Assembly (NCBI GenBank): GCA_963762565.1
Contig: CAVXLD010000010.1
Coordinates: 192,001-256,000, forward strand
DNA length: 64,000 bases
Origin: an uncultured Verrucomicrobiae bacterium
GTDB taxonomy: Bacteria; Verrucomicrobiota; Verrucomicrobiia; Chthoniobacterales; JAFAMB01
Direction: 5' to 3'
This document shows positions 1 through 10,752 of this stretch, piece by piece. A model generated the notes under the pieces. It was not told where the DNA came from, made no database searches, and saw only the letters and a program-made list of their open reading frames with translations. How positions within the stretch are numbered: position 1 is the stretch's first letter; each line of letters starts with the position of its first letter. The position numbers were made by a program, and so were the translations under genes.

Positions 1-430
1 TTCCAAAGCGGCGCAGGCTTACAACTATATCGGCTACATGTGGGTAGACCGAAACATGAACCTGGAAGATGGCGGCACCATGATCAGGAAAGCGTTGGAG
101 TTAGAGCCAAACAACGCCGCTTATATAGATAGCCTTGGATGGTACTATTACCATGTGGGCGACTACAACAAGGCCCTGACCGAGCTGATGCGAGCAGCAG
201 ATAACCTAAAACCTGAAGACCCCGTCGTTTTTGAACACGTTGGAGACACTTTTCAAGCTTTGGGAAAAACGGGCGAAGCCCAAGTGTATTGGCAGAAAGC
301 GCTTAAGTTGGATCCGAACAACCAAAAACTGGCTAACAAGCTCGAAGAATCCAAAGCCAAGCTAACTGCAAACCCGTCGCCCGTTAGTTCTCCTTTGCCT
401 CAGGCCAAGGCAAGTCCGTCGGCGCAATAA
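1..430 (+). CDS. TPR-repeat protein, C-terminal part (5' truncated by window edge)
   Basis: Frame is open from base 2 (SKAAQAYNYIGYMW...); TPR motifs ALELEPNNAAYIDSLGW and ALKLDPNN. Confidence 0.9.
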   Translation, partial: SKAAQAYNYIGYMWVDRNMNLEDGGTMIRKALELEPNNAAYIDSLGWYYYHVGDYNKALTELMRAADNLKPEDPVVFEHVGDTFQALGKTGEAQVYWQKALKLDPNNQKLANKLEESKAKLTANPSPVSSPLPQAKASPSAQ

Positions 431-846
431 AGGGCTGTAAGCCCAATCGTTCTCGTTCTCGTCGTCGTCCTCGAACGATTCGGGGATGGCGCGTGTAGAC
501 CCCCAGGACCTGGAGGGGAGCCGCTTTGGGACGTGCGAGGCGACCTCACGATATTCATCTCAGGGCAGGATCTGGTCGACAAACGTTGCTAGCAGGCGGC
601 TCCCGAGAATAGCCCAGCGTGATATTTTTCCCCATCGTATCTGTCGGTTGCAGTGAGAATGCGACAGCCGATAGAACTACATCACGTGGAGACGTTCTCG
701 GGAGCCGCCTGCTGCCAACCGATAGAGCTTCAATATTATAAAGCGGCTCCCCTCCAGACGCTGGGTGCGTCAATACCTTCATACCACCCTCCCTTCGATT
801 CGAGGACGACGACCGAGGACGAGGACGATTGGGCTTACAGCCCTTA
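428..846. repeat. Nested inverted-repeat element, family A copy 1, with CTCGTY shell
   Basis: Outer arms AAGGGCTGTAAGCCCAATCGT...CCTCGAA (430-475) and TTCGAGG...ACGATTGGGCTTACAGCCCTT (799-845); inner motifs GGAGGGGAGCCGC 512-524, GCGGCTCCC 596-604, GGGAGCCGC 700-708, GCGGCTCCCCTCC 743-755. Confidence 0.9.
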
Positions 847-2130
847 TACCGCTTGAGGTTGCTGATTCACCAAGAAAGGTTGAACCCGGGCGAAGACCTT
901 GGGCGACACGAGCGCTACTACTGAGGCGACCCGCTCACCATACTCTAGCCGTAAGACTCTTCCGGTGCGATGTAACAGAGACAAGAGCTCGGTTCTATCT
1001 AAAGGTAGGGCGAGCTCTACTTTGGTCGATCGGTCGCTCAGTTTTTCGGCAAACCGTTCCAAGAGGTCGTCCAACCCCGCTCCTGTGTGCACGGAGACGA
1101 AAGCTGCGTCCGGAAAATGCAAACGTAAAGCGTGAATTGTGGCGGGGTCCTCTAGGCGGTCGATCTTGTTCAGGACAGTAATTGCCCTCAAAGTGTCCGC
1201 CCCTAATTCATCCAAGACTCGCTTGGTCGTGTCGTAAAAGTCGTACACCCGCGGATGGCTTGCATCCAGGACATGAACCAGGAAGTCGGCCCGAGCGGCT
1301 TCTTCCAAAGTTGCTTTGAACGCCTCGATCAACCGGTGCGGCAAATTGCGGACAAAACCCACCGTATCAGTTAATAGGAGCGGCTGACCGTTCCCAAGGT
1401 CGACCCGGCGAGTCGTCGGGTCCAGCGTCGAGAACAACTTGTCCGCCACCAACACCTCTGCGCCAGTCAGCCGCCGAAGCAGAGAAGATTTGCCCGCATT
1501 GGTATATCCAACGATTGCGGCATGCGGCAGCGGAAGACGTTCGCGTTGTTTCCTCTGCGTCGCCCGCCGGGAACGAACCAACTCCAGATCCGCTTTGACC
1601 GCGTCGATATGCCGCCTGACAATTCGGCGGTCGGTCTCAAGCTGGGTTTCACCTTCACCTCTTCCGCCGACGCCGCCAGCCTGGCGGCTCAGGTGGCCCC
1701 ACGCCCGTGTCAACCGGGGCAGCGAGTATTCCAATCTTGCCAACTCTACCTGTAGCCTCGCTTCTTTGGTCTGAGCGCGCTGGGCAAAAATATCCAGGAT
1801 GACTTCTTGGCGGTCGATCACTGGCAAATTGGAAAGTGCCTCCCAATTTCGCTGTTGCGCGGGTGTAAGATCGTTGTCGAAAACAATCAAATCGGCGCCG
1901 AGTTGTTGCACCTCCGCTACGATCCCTTCGGCGCGTCCTGAGCCCAGGAAATATCTCGAGGTAGCCTCTTGAATCTTGACGAGCTCTTTGTGAACAACCG
2001 CAATTCCCAAGGTCTGGACGAGTAGCTTCAGCTCGTCTAGCAGGCTGCTCGCTTCGTCTTTAGCGTGTTGATCTCGATAAACTCCGACCAAATATGCAGT
2101 CCTGCTACTTCTAACGTTGGTGTCTGTCAT
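844..2130 (-). CDS. hflX: GTPase HflX
   Basis: ILDIFAQRAQTKEARLQVELARLEY, GEGETQLETDRR, G1 GYTNAGKS, LFSTLDPTTR, DTVGF, NKID; start may be 2145. Confidence 0.97.
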   Translation of the reverse strand: MTDTNVRSSRTAYLVGVYRDQHAKDEASSLLDELKLLVQTLGIAVVHKELVKIQEATSRYFLGSGRAEGIVAEVQQLGADLIVFDNDLTPAQQRNWEALSNLPVIDRQEVILDIFAQRAQTKEARLQVELARLEYSLPRLTRAWGHLSRQAGGVGGRGEGETQLETDRRIVRRHIDAVKADLELVRSRRATQRKQRERLPLPHAAIVGYTNAGKSSLLRRLTGAEVLVADKLFSTLDPTTRRVDLGNGQPLLLTDTVGFVRNLPHRLIEAFKATLEEAARADFLVHVLDASHPRVYDFYDTTKRVLDELGADTLRAITVLNKIDRLEDPATIHALRLHFPDAAFVSVHTGAGLDDLLERFAEKLSDRSTKVELALPLDRTELLSLLHRTGRVLRLEYGERVASVVALVSPKVFARVQPFLVNQQPQAV

Positions 2131-2134
2131 TCGG

Positions 2135-3313
2135 TTAGCTTGCAAAAAACTCCCTAATCCTGAGGATCACGAGTGCCTGTTCCTCATCGGTCAGTTCCGG
2201 AAAAATAGGCAAAGCTAGACACTCCTTAGCCGTTTGTTCGACGACCGGGAAATCGCCCGTTCGATAGCCAAGGTTTTGGAAGCATCGCTGCTCGTGCAAC
2301 GGGAGTGGATAGTAGATCTCCGTTCCAATACCTTGCTCATTCAATGCCGCCCGTAGCTGGTCGCGCAGCGCTGTCCGTATCACAAACTGATGATAAATAT
2401 GACCGCGCCAGCCGCACGATTCGTGATACGGCTCCATCGGAAGCCCAATCCCTAAACCCTTCAACCCGCTGTGGTATCGCTGAGCGATGGACCATCTTCT
2501 CTTCGACCAATTTTCGAGGTGACTAAGCTTACGCAATAAAACGGCGGCTTGCAACGCATCCATGCGAAAATTTCCGCCAACTACCTCATGATAGTACTTG
2601 GGCTCCATCCCATGATTTCTCAGGATCTGCAATTTTTTGGCCAGATCCGGATCGCTCGTTACCACAAGGCCCGCGTCTCCAAACGCACCGAGATTCTTAG
2701 TCGGGTAAAAACTGAAAAAACCTGCGGCGCCCACGCTTCCTGCGTGTACGTGGTGGTCTCCATCCGGGAATAACGCCCCCAAGGCCTGAGCCGCGTCCTC
2801 GATCAGAGTCAGCTTCCACTCGTCGCAAACCCGGCGAAGTCCGGCCAGATCACTGCATAGCCCGAACAGATGAACCGGTATTACGGCGCGTACGTTGAGC
2901 CCCTCACGGGTTTTAACTCCGGATTCGGTGGTTACGCATTCTCTTTTCAGGAATTCTTCAAGCTTCGGCACGGAAAGATTCAGCGTTGCCGGGTCGATAT
3001 CGACAAAAAGAGGTTTAGCACCGACTCGAACCACGGTACCGGCCGTCGCAAAAAAGGTAAACGGCGTGGTGATGACAGCGTCTCCCGGTCCAATCCCCAG
3101 TGCCATCAGAATCAACAACTGCGCATCCGTCCCTGAAGACGTGCCTATTCCAAATCTCGCACCGGAGAAACCGGCAATCCGCTCTTCAAGCTCCGCTACT
3201 TTCGGTCCGAGGATAAAAGCCTGCGACTCACAAACCTGCGCCAAGTCAGCTAGAATCTCCGCCCGGAGCGTCTGAAACTGGCGATGCAGGTCAAAAAAAG
3301 GTATCTTTGTCAC
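2135..3313 (-). CDS. DegT/DnrJ/EryC1/StrS family PLP-dependent aminotransferase
   Basis: IEDAAQALGA, FSFYPTKNLGAFGDAG, GGNFRMDALQAA. Confidence 0.95.
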   Translation of the reverse strand: MTKIPFFDLHRQFQTLRAEILADLAQVCESQAFILGPKVAELEERIAGFSGARFGIGTSSGTDAQLLILMALGIGPGDAVITTPFTFFATAGTVVRVGAKPLFVDIDPATLNLSVPKLEEFLKRECVTTESGVKTREGLNVRAVIPVHLFGLCSDLAGLRRVCDEWKLTLIEDAAQALGALFPDGDHHVHAGSVGAAGFFSFYPTKNLGAFGDAGLVVTSDPDLAKKLQILRNHGMEPKYYHEVVGGNFRMDALQAAVLLRKLSHLENWSKRRWSIAQRYHSGLKGLGIGLPMEPYHESCGWRGHIYHQFVIRTALRDQLRAALNEQGIGTEIYYPLPLHEQRCFQNLGYRTGDFPVVEQTAKECLALPIFPELTDEEQALVILRIREFFAS

Positions 3314-4749
3314 TCTTCCGATACGGTTCCTCGCAGGTCGTATACCTGAGTTCCAGTAATCTTCACCGTAGCAAACTGCCCGACAGGCAATGGCTTCTCC
3401 AGCAGCACCCGTGGATCAACTTCCGGGGCGTCACCTTCGGTCCTGCCTATAAGCGGTTGTTCCACTAAGACTTGCCTGGTGAGTCCTACCTGCGATTGCG
3501 CCCACTCGGCAGCGATTCGTTGCTGTAGCGCCATGGCCGTTCGATACCGTTTTTGTTTCACGGTCTTAGCAATCTGATCCGGCAGTTTCCCCGCGCGTGA
3601 CCCTTGTTCCTGGGAGTATTGGAAAACACCCAGGCGTTCAAACCGCGTCCGTTCGATGAAGTCGAGCAAAACCGCAAACTGTTCGTCTGTCTCACCAGGG
3701 AACCCAACGATAAAGGTAGTCCGAAGGAAAACGCCCGGGATTCGCTGTCTCATTTCCGCTAGCAGGTCCTCAATATGTTGGCGGGAAGTTTCACGCCTCA
3801 TGATTTGCAAAACCTGCTCGTCGATGTGTTGCAGCGGGATATCGATATACTTCGCTACCTTCGGGTTAGCGGCGACGGCGTCCATCAACTCGCGGCTCCA
3901 GTGTGCCGGATGCGTGTATAGAAGCCGGATCCAAAATTGGCCATCAATCATTGCCAAACGATCAAGCAACTTAGTCAACGTAGGTCCACGTCCCGAGTCT
4001 ACCGGCTGACGCGGGCCCGCCTTGGCCGCCCACAAATCCATCCCATAATAGGTCGTGTCCTGGCTGATCAGGTTGATCTCTTTAACGCCGGCGCCAACCA
4101 ACCTTTTCACCTCTTCTTCAATTGACTCAATACTCCGGCTCCGGTGCCGGCCCCGCATCTGGGGAATCACACAGAAGCTGCACGGATGATTGCACCCTTC
4201 AGCAATTTTTACATAAGCGAAATGCGAAGGAGTCAGTTGGAACCGAGGCGTATCAAAATCAGGGATGAACCTGGATCGGCCGCCCACCAAATTGACGGGC
4301 GCCGAACTCGATTCGCTCTGCAATAATCGTTCGATGATTTCTCCGGCGTCAGCAACTTGATCCAGGCCGATAAACGCATCGACTTCGGGAATTTCAGCTG
4401 CCAACTCATTGGCAAAACGCTGAGATAAACATCCGCTCACGATGAGCCTCTGGCGTCCTCCTTTCCGGGAGAGACGTTGCTCATGGGCGTTCAAAATCGC
4501 CTCGATCGATTCCTCCTTAGCCGCATCGATAAAGCCACAGGTATTGACGATCATGACATCGGCTTCCTCGGCGGAGCGGGTGATTTCCATCCCCTTGGCC
4601 CGGACACCTCCCAACATGATCTCTGCATCCACCAGATTCTTGGCACAACCAAGACTGATCATCCCAACCCGGATCGGCTGCGGTTTAGCGGAGGAGCCTG
4701 TACTCGACTCTGTTCGTACCTGAGTCTCAGCGGTCATAGCATTACTCAC
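3310..4749 (-). CDS. rimO: Ribosomal protein S12 methylthiotransferase
   Basis: SLGCAKNLVDAE, VNTCGFI, radical SAM motif EGCNHPCSFC, C-terminal TRAM domain; alternative ATG start at 4737. Confidence 0.96.
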   Translation of the reverse strand: MSNAMTAETQVRTESSTGSSAKPQPIRVGMISLGCAKNLVDAEIMLGGVRAKGMEITRSAEEADVMIVNTCGFIDAAKEESIEAILNAHEQRLSRKGGRQRLIVSGCLSQRFANELAAEIPEVDAFIGLDQVADAGEIIERLLQSESSSAPVNLVGGRSRFIPDFDTPRFQLTPSHFAYVKIAEGCNHPCSFCVIPQMRGRHRSRSIESIEEEVKRLVGAGVKEINLISQDTTYYGMDLWAAKAGPRQPVDSGRGPTLTKLLDRLAMIDGQFWIRLLYTHPAHWSRELMDAVAANPKVAKYIDIPLQHIDEQVLQIMRRETSRQHIEDLLAEMRQRIPGVFLRTTFIVGFPGETDEQFAVLLDFIERTRFERLGVFQYSQEQGSRAGKLPDQIAKTVKQKRYRTAMALQQRIAAEWAQSQVGLTRQVLVEQPLIGRTEGDAPEVDPRVLLEKPLPVGQFATVKITGTQVYDLRGTVSEE

Positions 4750-5675
4750 TCGATTACAATATCACTGTCTTGACCGCTTACCGCCTGGCCGTTCTTGCGC
4801 AGCTCTAGCGCGCTCTTGTCGAGGGCTTTAAGCCAGAACCGTTTCCCTTGGATCACAATGGCTGGACTATTTGGCCCAATGAAATCATTAAAGACCGGTT
4901 CCGAATTCTCCTGGTCTTTGGTGACTCGAAGCCAGGTTCGTTCTTTAACCTTTATCTCAAGCTTCTGAGACGGCGCGGCGCTTGGACTTGAGGCCGGCGA
5001 CGCATCAGCGGTGTCTTTATCCGCTGAGGTTACCGGCAGTGCTCGCCTGACCTCGACCGACGGCTCCGGAGTCGCGGATGCCGTTGTTTGCGGGTTTGTG
5101 GAGACCTGAGAGGGGCCGGTTGCCGAGGCTGCTGGCTGTCTGGAAGGTTGCGGTACCGCAATCGCTAACGGTGACGAGGCCGTTAAAGGTGTTGCCGATT
5201 GTCGTAGACCCGATGCCGGCGTTGTCCCGGTCGTCTTATTTTGTCCATCCTCAGTGGGGTTCAATCGGGAAAGGTTGACCGCGAAAAAAGCGACCAATGG
5301 CACCCCGATCAAAATTAGAACTGCAATAACCGCAAGTACTAGAGGCGGCGCCAAGCTCTTCTTTGGCTGGTTAAACCGCGGCTCCGGACGGAATTTAGGT
5401 GGAGGTCCGGCCGTCAGGTATTTGAACTCACCGAACCCAACTGCCCGGTTTACCTGAAAATTTTCTAAATCGTCCTGAATATCCAGGCCAAGAAAGCGGG
5501 CATATTTAACCAGAAAGCTACGGGCGTACACCAAGCTAGGAAAATGAGTGAGGTCATCAGCCTCCAGATCGACGATTCGCTCCGGCCTTATCTTGGTGGC
5601 CGCTGCGACCTCGTCGATCGTCAACTTCTTTTCCTGTCTCGCCTTCTGAAGCCTTCTGCCAACTGTCTCAACCAT
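4746..5675 (-). CDS. rodZ: RodZ-like HTH membrane protein
   Basis: N-terminal HTH (YARSFLVKYARFLGLD), one TM helix, Pro/Ser/Thr linker, C-terminal beta domain (TWLRV); ftsK-rodZ-rimO synteny. Confidence 0.85.
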   Translation of the reverse strand: MVETVGRRLQKARQEKKLTIDEVAAATKIRPERIVDLEADDLTHFPSLVYARSFLVKYARFLGLDIQDDLENFQVNRAVGFGEFKYLTAGPPPKFRPEPRFNQPKKSLAPPLVLAVIAVLILIGVPLVAFFAVNLSRLNPTEDGQNKTTGTTPASGLRQSATPLTASSPLAIAVPQPSRQPAASATGPSQVSTNPQTTASATPEPSVEVRRALPVTSADKDTADASPASSPSAAPSQKLEIKVKERTWLRVTKDQENSEPVFNDFIGPNSPAIVIQGKRFWLKALDKSALELRKNGQAVSGQDSDIVIE

Positions 5676-5709
5676 CCGCAAAAAAAAATTTGACAACTAG
5701 AACGAAGTG

Positions 5710-8092
5710 TTAACCCCCGAAGAGATGGCCGCGATCCACGCCGGATTCACCAACCAGAGCGTCGAGAGGAACCAGGATTTGTCTTGGTTTAGCCCCTTCG
5801 CCAGGGCCCAAAATGCCTCTGCGTTCAAGAATGTCAACTACCCTGGCTGCTCGGGTATAGCCGAGACGCAAACGCCGTTGTAACATCGAAGTAGAAGCCC
5901 TTTTTTCTTGGTGGATAATTTCCAAGCAGCGTTTGACTAGTTCTTCGTCCTCCTCAGTAACATCATCATCAGGCGACGAACTCGATTCTAGCTGCGTCTG
6001 GACCTCTGCGTCGAACGATGGCTGAGCCTGCGCCGCAACAAAGCTAACTAGCCGATGAATCTCGTCATCGGTTACCAGCACTCCTTGGGATCGAACCAAC
6101 CTCGAGGTCCCCGGAGGCCGATAAAACATGTCGCCCTGTCCGAGCAATCGTTCTGCCCCGTTTTCGTCCAGAATCACCCGGCTATCGAGACCAGAAGCAA
6201 CTTGAAACGCGATCCGAGTGGGAATGTTCGCCTTAATAACTCCAGTGATGATATCCGCTCGCGGCGTTTGAGTTGCTACGATCATGTGGATTCCGGCTGC
6301 TCGCGCCATTTGGGTGATTCTGGCAATAGCGCTCTCCACATCCGCAGGAGCCGTCTGCATTAGATCGGCAAGTTCATCAATGATAACCACAATGTAGGGC
6401 AGCTTTGCAGGAATGATCAAATCTTCATCCCGAGCATTGCGCGCGCCGTCGGGAACCTGAGGCTGTCTTTGATCTCGGCCGGAATCAGCTTCCAGATCTA
6501 ACTCTCGTTGGGACTTCGATTTAGGCCGAGCGTTAAAACCGGCAACATTCCGTACCCCGGTTTGCGCAAAAATCCGGTATCGTTTCTCCATCTCGGAAAT
6601 AACCCAGCGCAGTGCCAGCAGAACCTTTTTCGGGTCAGTGACGACCGGGATTTTTAAGTGGGGCAGCGAGTTATACATCTGCATCTCCACTACCTTGGGG
6701 TCGATCATCACGAATTGAAGATCGGCCGGGGAAAAGCGGATCAGGATGCTGGCGATAACTGCATTGATGCAAACGCTCTTCCCGCTGCCGGTTGTACCGG
6801 CTACCAGACAGTGCGGCATCTGCGCTAGATCACCCAAAATGATCTTCCCATACACATCCTTGCCCAGGACGATGGGAATCTTCATCTTGGTTTGCGCCCA
6901 GTCCGGCGATTCCAAGATCTCTCGCAGCGCCACCTTAACTTTCTTTGTGTTGGCGATCTCGATTCCCACTGTGTCTTTGCCCGGGATAGGGGCGAGAATA
7001 TGGATCCGCTCCGCTCGGGTCGCCCTGGCCAAATCGCGCTCCAAGCTGGTAATTCTATCGACTCGCACTCCGCGGGCCGGATAGACCTCGTATCGGGTGA
7101 TCGTAGGGCCCCGGGTAATGTCTCCCGGGGCAACCTCGATATTGAATTGTTTCAGCGTATCGACCAGGACCGCTTGCGTCTCTTTTAATTCAGCCGGATC
7201 ACTCGCTTTTCGGCTTTCAAGCTCAAGGGGATCGAACAGGTCTATGCCCGGTAGCTGGTAGTCTTCACTCACCGGCTCAGGCAAACGGGCCGGACGGCTT
7301 GGTTTTTTCGAAGGAACCGGCGGCGCCAAAGTATCGACCACTCTTGGCTCAGGGCGCGCGACCGACGCTTCCTCTGGCAAAGAAACCCCTTTTTTCTTGA
7401 GTTCTCGCTCTTGCCTTTTGATCTCTTTCTCGATTTTTCTTTGATCCAAATCGAGGCGCTCGCGTTCGTCCGCGGCAGCCAGGCGCTTCTGCTCGCGATC
7501 CGTCGCTGCCTTGCGAGCAAGCGCACGCATTCCCAAGAAAATCTGTTTCACGATCGTCACCGGCCGGATTCCGGTCAGCCAAACTAAACTCACCAGATAG
7601 ATGCAGATTAAGGCTACAATCGAGCCGATCTTACCGAGAGCGTTCTCCAGCAACCCCGCTCCCACCCAATAACCGAGCATTCCCGCCGGGGCCGAGCAAT
7701 TTGAACTGCTGTTCCCAACTTCGCAGAAACCAAGGTTGAAGCTGGGTCAGCGCTGAACCGCTTACGACAAATAATAACGCCCAAGGTAATCTCTTGAAAA
7801 TGCGAAACCCAGGCAGGAAAAGCTTAGCAACTCCGAATCCGAGAAGCAAAGAAGCGACCAGGTACGCCGCCGCGCCCAGCGTAAGATACAAAAATCCAGC
7901 CAAGATGGCTCCGGTCGGACCGATAAAGTTCTGGGTTGGATTATTTGGCGGACTCTTATAACTGAACCAAACCCAAGACGGAACATCCCCCGGGTTGTAA
8001 GAGATCAGTGCCAGAAAAACCACGGTTCCGATCCCAAGAGCGGCTAGCCCGACTACTTCGTTCCATGGGTTTTGCCGGCGGGATCTGGGCAT
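5710..8092 (-). CDS. ftsK: DNA translocase FtsK, split by a single extra base near 7681-7684
   Basis: TM region starts at 8092 (MPRSRRQ...NFIGPTGA...LLGPGG) and continues in another frame as MLGYWVG...; Walker A GTTGSGKS, IIDELADLM, gamma domain RASTSMLQRRLRLGYTRAAR. Confidence 0.93.
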
Positions 8093-8100
8093 TGCCGGGC

Positions 8101-8128
8101 ATTTTAGTTCCTTCAGCGGCGCTTTCAA
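8101..8128 (-). promoter_or_regulatory. Putative sigma70 promoter of the ftsK operon
   Basis: Minus strand TTGAAA-16 nt-TAAAAT, 8 nt upstream of the ATG at 8092. Confidence 0.55.
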
Positions 8129-8143
8129 AGCGGAAAGGATGAT

Positions 8144-8351
8144 GGGGCGAGGCAGGATTTTTTCGTTCTCGTCCTCGTCGTCGAAGAGCCAGGCGGTCGA
8201 GAAAGTGATCAGTAGTGTTTGTTCCCAACGATCTCGTGACACCTACACCGTACGTTCGGAGGACGAGGACGAACAACAATCTCCCGGCATCGCCCCTCGC
8301 CCGACTACGGCCCTAGAAAACACGCGCCAGCGCTCTCGCCTCGACCCTACC
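8144..8351. repeat. Imperfect inverted repeat with CTCGTC shell and a REP-like end
   Basis: GGGGCGAGGC..TTCGTTCTCGTCCTC pairs with GAGGACGAGGACGAA..GCATCGCCCC; TCGACCCTACC at 8341-8351. Confidence 0.65.
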
Positions 8352-8396
8352 AATTTTGTCGCGACTCCATCGGCATCTTGGATAAAATCAGCTCCG

Positions 8397-9344
8397 ATGG
8401 AGCATTACATGACGTTTGAGCCGATTTATCAGGAACGGGTCTGGGGTGGTCAATCGCTCTGCTCTGCTTTTGGACGCAAGTTGCCGGATGGCTGCCTAAT
8501 CGGTGAGTCCTGGGAATTGGTTGACCGAGAGGAAGCACAGAGTGTGGTTCAAGATGGACCTTTTAGAGGTTGGACGCTGCACCGGCTATGGACTGAGCAG
8601 CGAGAACAACTGTTTGGACCGGGCTTCGACGATCCCCGGTTTCCGATCTTGATCAAAATCCTCGATGCCACGGATAGGCTTTCGATTCAGGTGCACCCAC
8701 CGGCACCGTTAGCGGACCAGTTGCAGGGACAACCAAAGACCGAAGTCTGGTATTTTGTTCAGACGCAGCCCGGAGCCCAGGTTTATGCAGGTCTTAAAAA
8801 GGGTGTTACCCGGGACCACCTTCAACAGGCATTAGTAGAAGGGGTGGTAGAAGACCTTGTCCATGCTTTGCCAACGCAAACCGATGCCTTCATTTTCATC
8901 CCCAGCGGTCGAATTCATGCCATCGACCGCGGCAATCTGATTTTCGAGATTCAACAGAACAGCGATACCACGTACCGCTTATTTGATTGGAATCGGGTGG
9001 ACTCGAACGGAAAACCGCGCAAACTCCACGTTTCTGAATCGCTTGCTTGTACAGACTATGAAGATATCGAACCCGCCTTGGGAGTTGCCGAGGGTGAGGT
9101 TCTCGCGTCCTGCCCGCATTTTCATGTCGAACGTTGGGAATTGCATGAAGCCCGAAAGGCGAATAGCCTTCCGCGGTTCGCGGTTTTCCAAACCGTTGCC
9201 GGAACGGTTCGGTACGATGATGCGACCTTTAAACCAGGAGATCTCTTTTTGATTCCAGCCTCTGCTCACGATCAACTCATCGAACCCGCACAAGAAGGAA
9301 CTGTAATATTGCGAACGACATTGCCCGCAGAAGACGTTTCATAA
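8397..9344 (+). CDS. manA: Type I mannose-6-phosphate isomerase
   Basis: RVWGG, IGESWE, FPILIKILDA, LSIQVHP, KTEVWY, EIQQNSDTTYRLFDW. Confidence 0.92.
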   Translation: MEHYMTFEPIYQERVWGGQSLCSAFGRKLPDGCLIGESWELVDREEAQSVVQDGPFRGWTLHRLWTEQREQLFGPGFDDPRFPILIKILDATDRLSIQVHPPAPLADQLQGQPKTEVWYFVQTQPGAQVYAGLKKGVTRDHLQQALVEGVVEDLVHALPTQTDAFIFIPSGRIHAIDRGNLIFEIQQNSDTTYRLFDWNRVDSNGKPRKLHVSESLACTDYEDIEPALGVAEGEVLASCPHFHVERWELHEARKANSLPRFAVFQTVAGTVRYDDATFKPGDLFLIPASAHDQLIEPAQEGTVILRTTLPAEDVS

Positions 9345-9357
9345 GCGGTCGCCGGCG

Positions 9358-10431
9358 GTGAGCAACATTGACGAGAACACTAACCCGAACCATGGTCAGC
9401 TTGTGAAATTTTTCACAAAGGCCGCCCACCGTGCGTTGGCGGCCTCCAAAATCCAGCCCGCACTCGAGTTGATCAATCCCTACCTCTATGCCGTAGAGGA
9501 GCGGATTAAGGAGCAAGCTCGCGCCTTTGATCCCGCGATCGAAGGGTACGTGGCTTATGCTTGTGGAAGCAGCGGTAAACGATTGCGCCCGGCCCTTGTG
9601 CTGTTGGCCGGCGGCGCGGCCGGTGATATCACGCCCGGTCATGTCGATCTCGCGGTCGCGATCGAGCTAGTCCATCTGGCTTCGCTTGTTCACGATGATA
9701 TTATGGACGGCGCAGAACTGCGACGGGACCAACCTACAGCCTGCGCCAAGTGGGGAAATTCCTTGGCCGTGCTACTTGGCGACGCGCTCTTTGCTCATGC
9801 GCTAAAATTAACGACCAGTTTCTCCAACCAAGAAATCTGTCGTCGGGTGGCCAGTGCAGCCCGTGACGTTTGTACGGGCGAAATCATCCAGACGCAGCGA
9901 CGCAACGACGTCAACCTGTCGATCTCAGAGTATCTGAGAATCATCGAGCTGAAAACGGCGGCTCTCTTTGCCGCTGCCGGAGAGTTGGGCGCCCTGCTCA
10001 GCGGAGCGGCGCCCGAAATCATTACAGCGCTTAAATTCTACGGCAGCCGGTTAGGAACTGCTTATCAAGTGTACGACGATTGCCTTGACTTAGCGGGGTC
10101 TACGGAAACTGCGGGTAAGGATCTTGGAACTGACCTCAGAAAGGGCAAACTAACTTTGCCGCTGCTTTACCTGGTGCAGGACACGGACCCGAGCCAGCAC
10201 GGGCAGCTCAACGAAGTCCTTTTGCGCGGCGATGAGAAGGAATTGATTCAGATTGAGCAGGAGGTTGTAGCCAAAGGATGTTTGAAGCGGGCCGTGGAAA
10301 CCACCAAGCAGATGGTCCTGGAAGCGCAAACCGAGCTGCAAAAACTGCCGGTCAACAAATACACTTTAGCGTTACACGCAGTGGGCGATTTCGTGGCTAA
10401 TACCGTCGATCAGTTTGCCGTGGCCGCGTGA
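9358..10431 (+). CDS. Polyprenyl diphosphate synthase
   Basis: GKRLRP, first Asp-rich motif LVHDDIMD..RR, second motif YQVYDDCLD, GKLTLP. Confidence 0.93.
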   Translation: MSNIDENTNPNHGQLVKFFTKAAHRALAASKIQPALELINPYLYAVEERIKEQARAFDPAIEGYVAYACGSSGKRLRPALVLLAGGAAGDITPGHVDLAVAIELVHLASLVHDDIMDGAELRRDQPTACAKWGNSLAVLLGDALFAHALKLTTSFSNQEICRRVASAARDVCTGEIIQTQRRNDVNLSISEYLRIIELKTAALFAAAGELGALLSGAAPEIITALKFYGSRLGTAYQVYDDCLDLAGSTETAGKDLGTDLRKGKLTLPLLYLVQDTDPSQHGQLNEVLLRGDEKELIQIEQEVVAKGCLKRAVETTKQMVLEAQTELQKLPVNKYTLALHAVGDFVANTVDQFAVAA

Positions 10432-10491
10432 TTTAGCGTTTGGCGTTTGGCGTTCCGTTCTGTTCTCCTCCTTGAATCAAGCTCATGCGCT

Positions 10492-10672
10492 GGGAGGGAT
10501 CGCGTCCTCGCGATCCATTTTTACCGAAGCCGAGGGCGCGTTGTAATCTAAGACGAAAATACCCCTGGGATGGTGGCACGTCCTCTCAGCGCGCGGGGAT
10601 CCGACTTCGCCGAACAAATCAGAAAACACGCGAAAGACAACAGGCTACGTCGGACAGGCTGCGCGCCCTCCC
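10492..10672. repeat. REP-like element, family C copy 1
   Basis: GGGAGGGATCGCGTCCTCGCGATCC ... GCGCGCGGGGATCCGAC ... GTCGGACAGGCTGCGCGCCCTCCC; same layout as 21323-21506. Confidence 0.85.
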
Positions 10673-10752
10673 CGATTTGCACCCTGCGACTTTCGGGGGG
10701 TAGGCCGCAACGCTCATTGCAACTCCTTAAACAATTGTTGTATTATTAACTG

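Noticed and set aside
400..856. Small ORFs in intergenic repeats (e.g. 653-856, 10485-10703, 14357-14563, 31103-31450, 36497-36852)
   Set aside because: Chance translations of repeat DNA (EDEDD, AAPLQ, LRSLR); no coding support.
8139..8396. N-terminal extensions of called ORFs for manA, PBP2 (34451-34585), dnaG (42191-42457) and ftsK-N (8093-8242)
   Set aside because: They run through repeat elements or other genes; family homology begins at the downstream ATG.
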